Below, one piece after another: positions 39,049 through 51,222 of a DNA stretch of 64,000 nt (the first letter of the stretch is position 1; each line of letters begins with the position of its first letter). The stretch lies in contig JBNJNM010000014.1 in assembly GCA_052426225.1 (NCBI GenBank), positions 434,001 to 498,000 on the forward strand, given 5' to 3'. The notes beneath the pieces were generated by a model. The model searched no databases. It was not told the origin of the DNA and saw nothing but the letters and a program-made list of their open reading frames with translations. Made by a program: the position numbers and the translations under genes. This DNA is from Zancudomyces culisetae HAW-14-8 (lineage: Eukaryota > Fungi > Kickxellomycota).

Positions 39049-39089
39049 TTGTGTGTGTGTGTGTGTGTATGTGTGTGTGGTGTGTGTGT
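39049..39089. repeat. Imperfect (TG)n microsatellite upstream of separase
   Basis: Run of tg dinucleotides with a few interruptions. Confidence 0.85.
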
Positions 39090-39562
39090 ATTTTTATTTA
39101 AACACTGGGAAATAAAGCCAGTAAACGTTTTTCATGTTTTCTATGTTGATTGTATAGCAAAAAAAATAAACTGTTGGCCAGAAATGTATTTGAGCCCTTT
39201 TGATCGTCAAAATCTGTGTAGTAATTGGCCGTGATTATTTGTTTACAATATAACCAACACATTTTTTTTATTTTACTTTTTTTTTATAGAAATTGCAAAC
39301 TATAATATCGTTATTTTATTTTTTGTTGAGAAAGACTGGGTTTGCTAGACCCAAGTACTGATTTATGTATAGGTTTGATCAATCTTTGATAAAATTAAAA
39401 GTAGCCAACAACCACCACTCCCCCCCTCCCAAAAATGTAGTTTAATAAAATGACAATGCTAATTTATTCCTACACTTGTCATTGAAACTGACACCCTCAC
39501 ATTTGTTGCCCCCCTCCCTAATCTGCGATTCTATTAGGTATTGCATACAAGTAAATAGCCGT

Positions 39563-39748
39563 GTATCAGTATCAGTATCAGTATCAGTATCAGTATCAGT
39601 ATCAGTATCAGTATCAGTATCAGTATCAGTATCAGTATCAGTATCAGTATCAGTATCAGTATCAGTATCAGTATCAGTATCAGTATCAGTATCAGTATCA
39701 GTATCAGTATCAGTATCAGTATCAGTATCAGTATCAGTATCAGTATCA
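39563..39748. repeat. Perfect hexamer tandem array (GTATCA)x31
   Basis: 186 bp uninterrupted. It explains the poly-DT, SV, IL and YQ ORFs in the track. Confidence 0.98.
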
Positions 39749-42700
39749 ATAAGAACATGTTTACGCATGATAGACGGAAATTTTGCTAGCTAACACCCTT
39801 TGAACTGCATACAACCTTCCATGATTTTATGATCCCCTGTTGCCATTTGCAAGCCGTTTCATAACCCATATACTAATAAAAATAAAAATATTAGTTTATT
39901 TTGTTATTGCACTTTTCAATAAAAGAGCCAAGAAAGTTTGGTGATAATAATATTATAAATTTTCGGTGTACTCAATGATGCTTGAATGTAAAGCCAAACA
40001 ATCTGGAAGGCGGGGGAGGGGGGTTTTCTTGGCCTGAGAATTTGTAGTAAACAATACTAAAATATTTGATCTGGGGTCATTTCGGTAGCCAATTCAAAAA
40101 AAAGGGAAACCCCCTCCAACCAGACGTTTAAAGCCCTCACTGCTCTACCCCCGGTACCAGAAAACAGTGCGGAATAAAACGTTAATATAAACCACACTCA
40201 TATCTGAGTTGTAATAAATAAATGATGTTGTAAAACGAGACAATTATCATTGACAATCACCGCGAAATTATTGACAAGAAGCCATATTTGAGGATGTTTA
40301 ATGTTATTCACAAGTCATTTTGAAGAGCAAAGTTGAAAATCTGTGTCCACTTTCTTCTCTACCCCATCCCACTCACCTTAAAAACTCATCTATCTCCAAA
40401 AAAAAAAGATTAATGCAAAAGTATGAATACTATTATACTAGAGAATATACCCATATCTCACTACTCCCTCTCTCCCTCCCCCCACTTTTATGAATTATTT
40501 TGCTTGGTATGGTCTGAGTTTTAGTTATTCAGATTCTTGGGTTATGTGAACTATATATCTAAGTCCATAGCCCCAGGTTGTTATTTTTATTAGAAAAAAA
40601 TGGTTTCCGGTTTACCAATATGTCCTAAACATAAACAGTTTATTGATGTCTTTTTTCTTTTTTCTCTTTCCTCTTTGGTATAAATCGCTTCAAGATAAAA
40701 ATACTGATAATTTAAACAGCGCAAGGATATTTCAATAAATAAATAAAAATGCTGTTTATTAATCAAGGACAATTTGGTATTGAGAATATTAACAGCTCTT
40801 TGCAAATGTGACAGTCCTTTTTCTTTTTTCTTTTTTCCCATCTTTTCATTTTTATTTATTGATTCTTTCAAAGAAAGAAAAAGGTGTTAAACATGAATAC
40901 TTTATGTAAAAAAATTGATCGCAAAAGCTATTCATATGACTTTATCACATATTAACACCAGCAAAGTACTGCGTCTATTTAGCCAAACCCCTTCCCTCTC
41001 ACAATCACAATCACAACCACAACCACCACAAAGAAAAAAAAAAGAGGTCATATCGTAGTATCATTCTATTAGTAGATATCATTATCTTGTATGTTTTTCG
41101 AATTTTTGGTCCAGAACTTTATACTTTTTCTTTGTCCAAACACGAAAAATGTAGCTGGATTAAATAAAAGATGAAACTAATAGCTATCACTATTCTATGC
41201 TTTTTTTTTGATTTTTTTTTTCCGGTTTGTGTCACTGGATGTGGAATATATTCAAAGGTAAGTATCACTTGATTCTACATAACAAGTACCACACTCAAAA
41301 CGTTATTGTTAATTTCTTTAGAGACACAATTTGTGGGAGTAGGTTTTGCACGGCATTATCCCATCTGTTTTGCTATTTTCCATAGATTTACAAAGTATTA
41401 GTCGTCATTTTTAAAGTTCTATAAACGTATATTTGACAACAATATTAATATGCACATGGATATTTTGGGTATTTTGTAAACTTGAAACATTTAAAAATTC
41501 AAGGCTGAATAAAACAAGATAATTAATGTGAGTTGAATAATATGATTTTTTCTTTCTTTCTCTCTCTCTCTCTCTCCCCCACCCCATCCAACAAGATCAC
41601 TAAGCACTTTTCCCAAAACGTTTTGGTTTTATTTCTTTTTATTTATTTACTTCTTTTCTTTGCCAGATCACGCAACGAATTGGTGTGAGCATAGTTAATC
41701 ACAGAACAAAACAAAACAAAACAAAACAAAGCAAAGCAAGTCATAACTTTATGACAGAAAGAGTTTAATAACAGGGCTATTTTTATTGCACGCAGTTTAT
41801 CGCCGAATATGGTTTTTGGGAACCATATTAAGGCGCATTTAAATAATATCGATCATTAAATTGTAATAATTAAATAAATGCTCAACATTACAATGTCGGG
41901 GTGGGATAGTTTACAATATTAAAAATGTATGCCATGAAAAATCGAGCTGTAATAAACTGGTTTTGTGGTTACCGGGAAGAAACAGAATGTGCTTGATCTT
42001 GAGAGCCATCCCACTACACTTCGAATGACCTCTTCAGTGAAAAAAGTATAAAAAATTAAAGGGTGAATATTAAAATGCCACAACTCTGATACTATTTATA
42101 ACATGTACATTTTTGAAGTCCATTGTGGAGTTTTTGGTCTAGCCAAAAATAAAACAAAAAGAGGCCATAATGGTAAATTATGGGCGAAAATGGTGATCTA
42201 GAATTGCAAGGACCCTTGAAAAGCGTACTGATAAAAGCCTGTGTATAAAGCACATGCGTACGCGTGTGTATAAAATTAGATATATATTGGTGAATCATGC
42301 CATACATGTAATACAATGGGTGGTATATACCCACACGAAATGTGATGAGTAATCAGAGTCACTCTAGATGCCAATGCAGACGTATGGCTCAGTCTGATAT
42401 TATCATTCTTTTTTTATATTATCGTTGCATTTGTTTCACCCACAATCAAAGAAGAAAAATGTGAGAAAGTAGGGGGAGGAGAAAAAAAAAACATGGAATG
42501 TATAGCTTGAAATAAGTAAATTGACATCATTCAGACACCAAATTCAAAAAGCAGTATGCTTATGTATTAAGCAGAGATGAGTGAGAGGGAGAGAGAGAGA
42601 GGGAGGGGAGGGAGAGGGATAGCTAGAAGTTAATAACTAAAACAAGGGGTGTGAATTACGGACATTATAAAGTAGCTGTATCCATTCAATGGAGCATCAA

Positions 42701-43794
42701 TGTGTATGCGGTGCGGAAAATGGGTAATAATAAATTGATGGCATTGTCATATTAAGAATAAAGCGCATAATTAATAGCCTAAAAAGGAAATCAAGTACTA
42801 AAGATAAGGTTTTTCCAGCTTTTTTTTATTTCCAGAAAATCAACAAACATTTTACTAAATGGGGACGGATATTGAATTTTATTGATTTTAATATTCTCCA
42901 TTCTTAGCGTAAATCAGCTAAAAAAGCAGTGCTTTCAACAACAAAAAGAAAAGACAAAAAGAACGTAATATAAATAGACGTGAAATAGTAGTTTTTTTTT
43001 TGTCAAAAGCTAACCACGTTACTTGCTTAAAAGTACATTAAATCAAGAAAGCTGGTGTTAATTTATAAACATCAAGTTGGAATTATTACGCAAGTATTGT
43101 TGATATTTTGAATAATTTGGGTTCTTTGGCGTATAATAACATTGATTAAAGAAAAATCAATACAAAAAACAGTATAAAAAAAAGAAAAGAAAAGCCAAAG
43201 ATAAAGATAACAATAGGACAAAACAAGCAGAGTAGTAATGCATTATATACGTTACTCTAAAAACAGATATTTTTAGTTTAGTGATAAAAATATGATTAGT
43301 TTTCAACTAGATTAGGGGGTATATAAAAAAGTAAAGTGACAAAACCCAAAATTTATCATATTATTTGAATTAGTAGGTTTGAGTAGTAAAACAAGAATAT
43401 CCCTTTTTGAGGACAAGGCAACATTTAATCGGGGGGAGGGTTGTGATTTAATTATATAAGAGCTAGTTGATATCACATATTTTATTTTTCCCAATCGTAT
43501 GGGGGTTTTTTTATATTAAAAATATATATGAGGGAAAAATAATTCTAAAAATACAAGTAACAAAGTTCTATTAATAGAAGAAAAGCGTTATTATATACCC
43601 AATAAATAAAATATACTAGTCAGAGGCATTTAAGCAACATACAACGGTAGTATCGACATGACAAATGTTTAATACATAAGGTCGCAAGGAACCCACAGCT
43701 GTTAAACAACATAAATTGATAAAAAAAAAAGTATCAGAAATAAAAAGTAGATATATCACGTAGGAGTCACATGATAGAGTAGAAAAGAGTTAAG

Positions 43795-45735
43795 ATGGAT
43801 ACTGAGGATAGAATCGAGAACCAGAACCAGAACCAAAACCAGAACCATGAGTTTTCTATGCCTGGTACAAGAAATAAACGATATGCAGATACAATGAGAA
43901 CCTCGATCTTTAGAAAAAAGAATCTGAAGCGAGTATTGGTGAGGGAAGCAGCAACCAATACACCAACACATAATACACATACACTATACATTGGTAGTAA
44001 TCCTGACAAAATACAGGATGACGACAGACCAATAGAATCAAAGGATCAGGCTCCTGAGAAAGATATCATTAGGAGTGAAGAAAGCAAGGAGAAAAAGCAA
44101 ACAAAGGATATTGATAGAATAGAGGAAACAATGGTTATCAAGTCGAACCAAAATGGTCCACAACAAGATGAGCATTATAGCAAAAAGACGGAATTGGATG
44201 GCATAGATACTGAAAAAAAGTTTGTCAAGAACGTCGATTCTGGTATTGATATGGGAATAAAACTGGTCGAAAACAAAACTACACAGTTTGATGTCAATGA
44301 AAACGTGCTAGAAAATGTTTCTAAAAATGAAGAGCAAAAAAGTGCAAAGTCACAAACCATAAATGATAAAAATATTGAAAAAAATAGTATCGACAATGTA
44401 GATCCCGATAGAAACAGTACATATTGTACATATACAGAGATTAGTGATGTAAAGCAAGATAGAACGGAAAAGGATGAGCTGGGGTCTACTTTTGAGGTTT
44501 GCACATCTTCTATAGTAAAAATGATAAGGAAGAAAAAGAAAGCAAAACGGAAGGAGTATCTTGGAGAAATAGTAAAGGGGTTTGAAGCTTTGCCATTCCA
44601 TAACACAAGACTCAATGCTAAAGAAACAAAAATCAAAGTGTTTGAAGGTAAATCAAAGGAAACGCTACATAACAGTGGAAAAGGTGAAAAATCAGGATCA
44701 GTTGCAGAGATGGGAGAGATAATTGATATGCCAAAAGGATCACTTCTTTCCGAAATGTTTGCTCAAGATAATAAAAGGTTGTCCGAGAATAGGTGTCATA
44801 AAACAAAGATTCAATGTGTGGATTCGGGCATTCGATTACATAATATTAAAGAAGTAGAACAAGCGGAACGTTGCACTGAATATTCATCGAATAGCTACAT
44901 TTATTTGAAAAAGTATCTTGCAGCGCTTCGTGAAAAAATCAAAAATAAGGAACAAGATCATTTGGAGCGGCGTAGAACCAAAATTGAAAAACTTAATTCA
45001 GAGTGCGAAAACCAAAAATGTAGATACACAGTTAGCCAAGAAGAAAAAGACAGAATCATAAAACTTTTTTGCGAGGAACTTGAAGAAGAAACCCTTAAGA
45101 ACCTGCAAACCATGAAGAATAAAAGAAAATCAAGATACAAAAATATTGGCAAAACCAAAGCTTATAGGCAGACAGAGCAGTATCGAAAAGTCGATCTTTT
45201 GTTTCTTATTCAAAAGTTTTTTCGCAAAAACGAATTCAGTGCCATTTTCAACTTGATAAGCCAGGTAGACTTTTTTGCACAAAAAGAAGCAAAAGAAAAG
45301 ACGCAAAAATACGCCAGAACTCTGTTTATGAAAACGGAAAAGGGAGTCAAATGCACTCAAAATGAAAATAACAAGTCTTGCCTGGTATGCAAACCACGTT
45401 TCCACGATTACTTGACAATCAATGGTCGTCTACAGCAAGAGATTATAGAAAATACTACTTTGGCCAGTAGGGAACGAATTGAATACTATGGAACAGAGTA
45501 TACAAACAACTCTGTGTATACTTACAACAGAGAAACTGGCATGGTTAAAAAGATTTTTGATGTCAATCTATCTGACCAGCTATGCGAGCTAAAAAGGTAC
45601 ATTAAGCTGAAAAATGTAAATCCTAATGAATACAAAAACCTCGACCACCAACTATCTCTTGCTCTAATGATTATTTTCTTGAATCGGCTAGAGTCCACTC
45701 CTGAAGAAATTCTGCAACGTTTTTTGTACTATTAA
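43795..45735 (+). CDS. Hypothetical protein, 646 aa: K/E/D-rich disordered N-half, central coiled coil, helical C-terminal region
   Basis: A 1.9-kb uninterrupted ORF in AT-rich DNA. No family motif recognised. Confidence 0.75.
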   Translation: MDTEDRIENQNQNQNQNHEFSMPGTRNKRYADTMRTSIFRKKNLKRVLVREAATNTPTHNTHTLYIGSNPDKIQDDDRPIESKDQAPEKDIIRSEESKEKKQTKDIDRIEETMVIKSNQNGPQQDEHYSKKTELDGIDTEKKFVKNVDSGIDMGIKLVENKTTQFDVNENVLENVSKNEEQKSAKSQTINDKNIEKNSIDNVDPDRNSTYCTYTEISDVKQDRTEKDELGSTFEVCTSSIVKMIRKKKKAKRKEYLGEIVKGFEALPFHNTRLNAKETKIKVFEGKSKETLHNSGKGEKSGSVAEMGEIIDMPKGSLLSEMFAQDNKRLSENRCHKTKIQCVDSGIRLHNIKEVEQAERCTEYSSNSYIYLKKYLAALREKIKNKEQDHLERRRTKIEKLNSECENQKCRYTVSQEEKDRIIKLFCEELEEETLKNLQTMKNKRKSRYKNIGKTKAYRQTEQYRKVDLLFLIQKFFRKNEFSAIFNLISQVDFFAQKEAKEKTQKYARTLFMKTEKGVKCTQNENNKSCLVCKPRFHDYLTINGRLQQEIIENTTLASRERIEYYGTEYTNNSVYTYNRETGMVKKIFDVNLSDQLCELKRYIKLKNVNPNEYKNLDHQLSLALMIIFLNRLESTPEEILQRFLYY

Positions 45736-45998
45736 CCATTTCTGTATTAACTACGTTTTTAATTTTTGCACCACTTATATCCCTAAATTTGTACATTTAC
45801 CCTATTCCCGTCTGTTAAATGTTTATATTTTATTTTACTTTAATTTAATCTAATTTAATCTAATTTAATCTATTTTATTTTATTTTATTTTAGTTGCCCT
45901 GTACTAACCAATAATCGTTAATTTAAATGAATCAATTTCTTTGCTCAGTTGAAGATATAGTAAAGAACAAACCGAATCTTGAGAAATGGCAATGAAAA

Positions 45999-48869
45999 AT
46001 GTTCAGGATCTTTGATAAGATTTTGCATTCAAGTCAAACATATAGGGTATTTCGAGTTTTCAATCTTCAAAGTCATACTGTGTATAAAAATCAATATAAA
46101 ATTCAGCAATTCCAGTTTCGAATAAGAGCGCGAAATGTTCACAACATACCAACCAGGAATTCGAGATCGAAAAATACCTTTGAAACCACCAAATTACCGA
46201 CTGCACGAACAAATATATTGATACAGAGTCTGTACGGGTTTTATGCTGAACATGGTTACTTTGATTTGTATCAAAAACCTAAAGTAGCTAAAAGTCGTTC
46301 AGCTGGGTCAAACAAACCACAGCAGCAAAATATTGCAGTGGGGACATACAGAAACCCGCTCCTACAGATACTCAGGGATAACGTACAACTAAATTTGCAT
46401 TTTGTGGAGTATTTATCAAATAAAACTCTTGCTAAAGAAGAGGACGACGGCAACCTGATCCAACCAGGGATCAGCACGAATGAATTTATGGTGGTTTTGA
46501 TTGAAGAATACCTGAGAATACTTGGTGCTTTTGGTCAGCTGGAGTATTTAGTTAATCAGAAATGTTGGATTGAGGGTTTGAAAACTCTGATCCATAATAC
46601 TCGTCAGAACACTCGGCTTTATTTATACTTTTTCGAGTGTCTCAAAACAAATAAAATTATGATGAGTGATATGACCTCGGTTTTAATGCTTGTTCAAGAT
46701 TATGAAAAATCTAAGAGCATGAGTTTAGAACAGAAACATAGTAAAGACCATACCAATATACCATCAAACCACACTAGTGATTATACACTGGATAAAGGAT
46801 TCCAATTGTGCAAACATTTAATTACCACAACTATTCTGTACAACGAATATTACTTGAATGTCTCGATCTCTTTATACTCTCGTATTTCTGGAAAAATGTA
46901 TACAAACTTACTAAAATCCATCTGCGAAGATACAGTTGTCTTTAAAGTATTCGAGTATTTTCAAAACATACTCTCCAGTTTTCCAGAAAACAAGTTGATA
47001 CGCTACGAGGTACTAAACATTGTATCGCAAATCCTTGTGGGTATGATGGCTGCAAATACCGATAGGGATATATTATTAAAAAGTTATGAATGCTGGAAAC
47101 ATGCAATTGATGAACATTTGGGCGAGCCAATGTTGAGTATCATAGACGAGTTTGACAGTCAAGTAAATCAAAATTTTAAAAGACAGGATTCTACAAATAC
47201 AAAATTAAACCTTTATAGATCAACACCACTTTTGAGTCGAGGTATTCTGGATAAAGCTTCAAAAAACAGTAAAAAGAATAAACCTCAAAGCTTTTTCATA
47301 AAAACCCTGAAAATTCAGACCTTCTACTTTACAACCAACCGAAAAGGAAGATTAGTGTATAACATTGGTGATCGTACAAGTAAACTTACAGCAATGGTTA
47401 CTACAATGCTGGAAAAATCGAATAACTGGGTGTTGGTGGCAAAATATGTGTTTGAAATAAGAAAAAAGGCATCCATACTCACTATTAACCACAAAAGGAC
47501 GTTTGGGGAACCGAAAAGCACGAGGAACTGTTTGGCCGTACTAGCCAGTCACTTAACTACCAAACACAAAAGTGATTACTTTGAGCAAATGAAAGGGTTT
47601 ATCAACGGGTTTGAACCCACAATTCTACAACACACCGACAAAAACGCCATTGCGAATGTTTTATCTGGAGATTTCCAATTCGAGATTTATCAGGAGATGC
47701 TACCACGTTTGTTATTTTGCATGCATATATGTGATGAAATACAAGACAGGAACATTCTAAACAATATGTATGCTCAACTGATCAGGTACTTTTTTGAAGG
47801 TAAAAACGAACTGCTCACCCTCTTTACGGCAAACAAAATGGTCCAGAATGTCACCCATTATCTAATAAGTTTAAGGCTACTAAAATCGACAACAGCACTT
47901 AATTACAATCAAACCCTATATTTTACTTTACACGTGCTCAGTACATTAAACAACGACAAATTTAAACCAGCACTCAAGAATAAACCAGGATATGTCGAAA
48001 TGTTTTTACGTACAACAAAGTTGCTATCACTAAACCACAACCTGCCATACTTGCTCAACGAGTGTCTTCAAGGGGAGAAGGCCGATTTTCCCGTTATTCC
48101 GAATATCGCTAAACACTATCTATTGTTTCTATTTGTATCCACAAATATGCCCAGAGAGTATGGACTATACACTTCTCTTCAGATGCTAAAGTCGATGTAT
48201 CTTCTAGAATCCTCGCCCTCTGAACCCAGTTCTTCGACTCCATCACCAAGACTGTTGGAGGCTGCGACTTCATTTGATTTGGTTAGGCCCTTCATATCAA
48301 TTTTGGACTTTTTCAACCGAATAAAAAGACTCGATCTCGTCGTATTTTTGTATAAACGGGTTATCTGGTACTACCTGGAGCACCAAATTCAACCTCCAAG
48401 CAGTCTGTTTAACTCATTTTCCGCGATACTCCTAGACTGTTGCAAATTCAATCCCAAGATCTCGAGTTACCAGATAAACGCTGTGTTTATGTATGTTTAT
48501 TGGTTTTACCACCACATTTACTATCTTTCATTGAATACATTCCCTGCTTTACAAAAGGATCGTCAGCTTAGAGGTAAATACCCAATCACTGGTGCCAACA
48601 AGTTTCAGCTAGATGAAGAAACATTTGCGCTTGATAAAAATATTCATAAATCGTACTTGGAAGCGCTAATTTCTAGAGGACTTTATTTTACAGCAGTTCA
48701 TGAAGCATTATTTAACATGCCCAGAAACCTTGGGTATACTTTTGCTTTTGAGAACTATGTGGTGATTGTTAATGGGCTAAGGAGGATTAAAAATAAAACC
48801 AGCAAGCAAAGCCTGTTGTTGGAAAACTTTGTCATGTACTGTGAAAAGAAGTACAACTTTAGAATCTGA
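45999..48869 (+). CDS. Hypothetical helical protein, 956 aa, possibly mitochondrial with degenerate PPR-like repeats
   Basis: 2.9-kb ORF with an Arg-rich, acid-poor N-terminus. C-terminal segments such as IHKSYLEALISRGLYFTAVHEALFNMPRNLGY resemble PPR motifs. Confidence 0.7.
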   Translation: MFRIFDKILHSSQTYRVFRVFNLQSHTVYKNQYKIQQFQFRIRARNVHNIPTRNSRSKNTFETTKLPTARTNILIQSLYGFYAEHGYFDLYQKPKVAKSRSAGSNKPQQQNIAVGTYRNPLLQILRDNVQLNLHFVEYLSNKTLAKEEDDGNLIQPGISTNEFMVVLIEEYLRILGAFGQLEYLVNQKCWIEGLKTLIHNTRQNTRLYLYFFECLKTNKIMMSDMTSVLMLVQDYEKSKSMSLEQKHSKDHTNIPSNHTSDYTLDKGFQLCKHLITTTILYNEYYLNVSISLYSRISGKMYTNLLKSICEDTVVFKVFEYFQNILSSFPENKLIRYEVLNIVSQILVGMMAANTDRDILLKSYECWKHAIDEHLGEPMLSIIDEFDSQVNQNFKRQDSTNTKLNLYRSTPLLSRGILDKASKNSKKNKPQSFFIKTLKIQTFYFTTNRKGRLVYNIGDRTSKLTAMVTTMLEKSNNWVLVAKYVFEIRKKASILTINHKRTFGEPKSTRNCLAVLASHLTTKHKSDYFEQMKGFINGFEPTILQHTDKNAIANVLSGDFQFEIYQEMLPRLLFCMHICDEIQDRNILNNMYAQLIRYFFEGKNELLTLFTANKMVQNVTHYLISLRLLKSTTALNYNQTLYFTLHVLSTLNNDKFKPALKNKPGYVEMFLRTTKLLSLNHNLPYLLNECLQGEKADFPVIPNIAKHYLLFLFVSTNMPREYGLYTSLQMLKSMYLLESSPSEPSSSTPSPRLLEAATSFDLVRPFISILDFFNRIKRLDLVVFLYKRVIWYYLEHQIQPPSSLFNSFSAILLDCCKFNPKISSYQINAVFMYVYWFYHHIYYLSLNTFPALQKDRQLRGKYPITGANKFQLDEETFALDKNIHKSYLEALISRGLYFTAVHEALFNMPRNLGYTFAFENYVVIVNGLRRIKNKTSKQSLLLENFVMYCEKKYNFRI

Positions 48870-49796
48870 TTTTTTACTTATTTTTTATTTTTTAAATGAA
48901 GAAGGAGAGGGGGGGGGGGTGGAGGCAGGTAAAGCCTTTTATAGCTTTTAGATTTGTTTTAGATGGTATTTATTGGTTTATTTTGTATATATTATTATAA
49001 CTATTATTATTATTATTCTTATTCTTATTCTTATTCTTATACCTTGTATTATCACGAGGTATATCAATAATTCCATTATGGGGACTTTCAACTAAAGTGC
49101 AATTTTTAAAGGAAAAGTAGGTATTACTTGGGCGATCAAGTGCACTAAAACAACAGAATAGTGTGTATTCGCTCCATATCCAACCTCGCTCACTTGTACA
49201 AATAAAGGTGAAATGTGGTATATTCGCGTCTTTTTTTTTTTTGCAAAATTTGGTTTATATCTAATAAAAATCAGCCTTGGCAAAAAGGGAACTAGAATAT
49301 ATTTTTAGTCATAACAACACGAAAATAATATTAGAGTGTATTATGCCATCAGCAAAAAGCTAAACTCTGGTAGAAATGACTGGAGTGCGATATATTGTGC
49401 TATGAACTACTTACTCTTTTGAGGAAAAATGAGAGGAAAAACAAAATTGAAAAGGGATTGGAGGGTTATTCCTGACAAATCATCTGATCAGAAACTCTAC
49501 AAACTCAATAACATGACACTTGAGCCATTAACATTTAGAGTCATAAATTTTTGCTAGCTTTTTTATTTTATTCCATGAACTCTGTTTATCGCTCTAAAGT
49601 GTTGCTAAATTAATTAAGGGGATTTTTATTTGCCAGTAGGTTTATTGCTCTACAACTAATTAACATTTACGCACTTTTTATTCCTTAGTTAGAAATATCT
49701 TTAATACTATTTAATAAATTGAACTAAAATTCACTAACACAAAAATAAAACTAGAATAAATACCAAAAAAAACAAATAAAAAAGACAGTACAGAAA

Positions 49797-50882
49797 ATGT
49801 GGTTATTTGGTAAAAGAGATACTAAAGTGTCACCCAAGGATGCAATAATATCCCTGCGAAGCAATCTGGAGCTACTAAACAAAAAAGAAGAGCATTTAAA
49901 TCGAAAAATAGAAGACGAACTTAGAATTGCCAAGGCAAATGCGACAAAAAACAAATCAGGTAAATTTAATACTACTTTTCCTATCTTTTATCACTAATGA
50001 CAGGAATGGAGCAGGATGTTTAGTAGACTAAAAAGAATGAGAAAAGCTGTACTAATACGATTCATGTAAATTGATAGCATCGCTGGCGGCACTGAAAAAG
50101 AAGAAAATGTTGACAGAGCAGCTAGAAAAAATCCAGGGAAGTATCATGACGCTGGAAACGCAGATAATATCGATAGAAGGGGCAAATATCAACCTGCAGA
50201 CAATGAAGGCAATGAAGCAAGGAGCTACTGCGATGAAACATATTCACAAAGAAATGTAAGTTTCCTTACCTTCCCTTTTTTTTCTTCCAGAATTAAAGAA
50301 TGCGAATGGCGTTTTTTTCTTTTTCGTATGGTGTTACAGTGCTGGCCGATGAAAACATGCATAACCAATTTGCTAAAACAATTTTACTTTCTTAAAAAAT
50401 ATTAGGGATGTTGACAAGGTCGATCAAACAATGGACGAAATCAGAGAGCAAATGGACATGGCCAACGAAGTTTCGGCAGCAATTGCACAACCTGAAATGC
50501 TCGGAGTTGGTGCGGCAGATGTAAGTCGATCGAAATGTTTTTATTTCTTTTTCATTGTCATGTTGAGGACAAGTGATAATAATAGCTGATATAACCAATA
50601 CCAATATTAAAATACAATAAAAAAAATTAGTCCGAACTGCTTGAAGAACTTGAACAGCTCGAGCAAGAACAACTTGATAAACAGCTTTTGGGTGCAGGAA
50701 AGGCGCCTACTACGAGAATAAAGGCTCCACCAAAAGGTATGGAAAATATATTACTTTGTAGTTTTTGAGAATTAGGAAAATTGTGACTAACTATTGGAAT
50801 GAAATAAAAAATAGAGGAAGAGCTCGACGAAGAAGAGGCAGAGCTTGCAGAGCTACGAGAGAGTATGGGTGTTATGAACTGA
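49797..50882 (+). CDS. SNF7: ESCRT-III subunit Snf7/Vps32, 5 exons, 209 aa
   Basis: Exons 49797-49959, 50078-50255, 50406-50520, 50631-50736 and 50815-50882. Motifs: [56 protein letters not shown]. Confidence 0.92.
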
Positions 50883-51222
50883 AGAGTTTCAATATTTTTT
50901 CTTTTTTTTATACAGATTCTATTGTTACTACTACGAATGAAGTATGGTCGTTATGTTGTTACAACAAACCAGATTTGTTTATTATTGTTTTACCTAACCT
51001 CATTTTGTATTGTGTTTTCTTTCTTTTTTTCACAAAAAAAGGAGTTTTTGTTTTTTAGCTTTTTTTTTCAAAGGGGTAGAGTTGGTAGAGAGTTTGGTCA
51101 TTAACATTTAAGATTGTTATTAAATATATAAGTCTACAAATTCCAAGTGAATAAAAATATGGCAGGAACGAATCAATATAAAAAAGAAAAGAATGTGGGA
51201 GGATGGAGGGGGATAGGTAAAA

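Noticed and set aside
39442-39793. Four overlapping ORFs encoding poly-DT, SV, IL and YQ
   Set aside because: Artefacts of the (GTATCA)n array, which has no stop codon in those frames.
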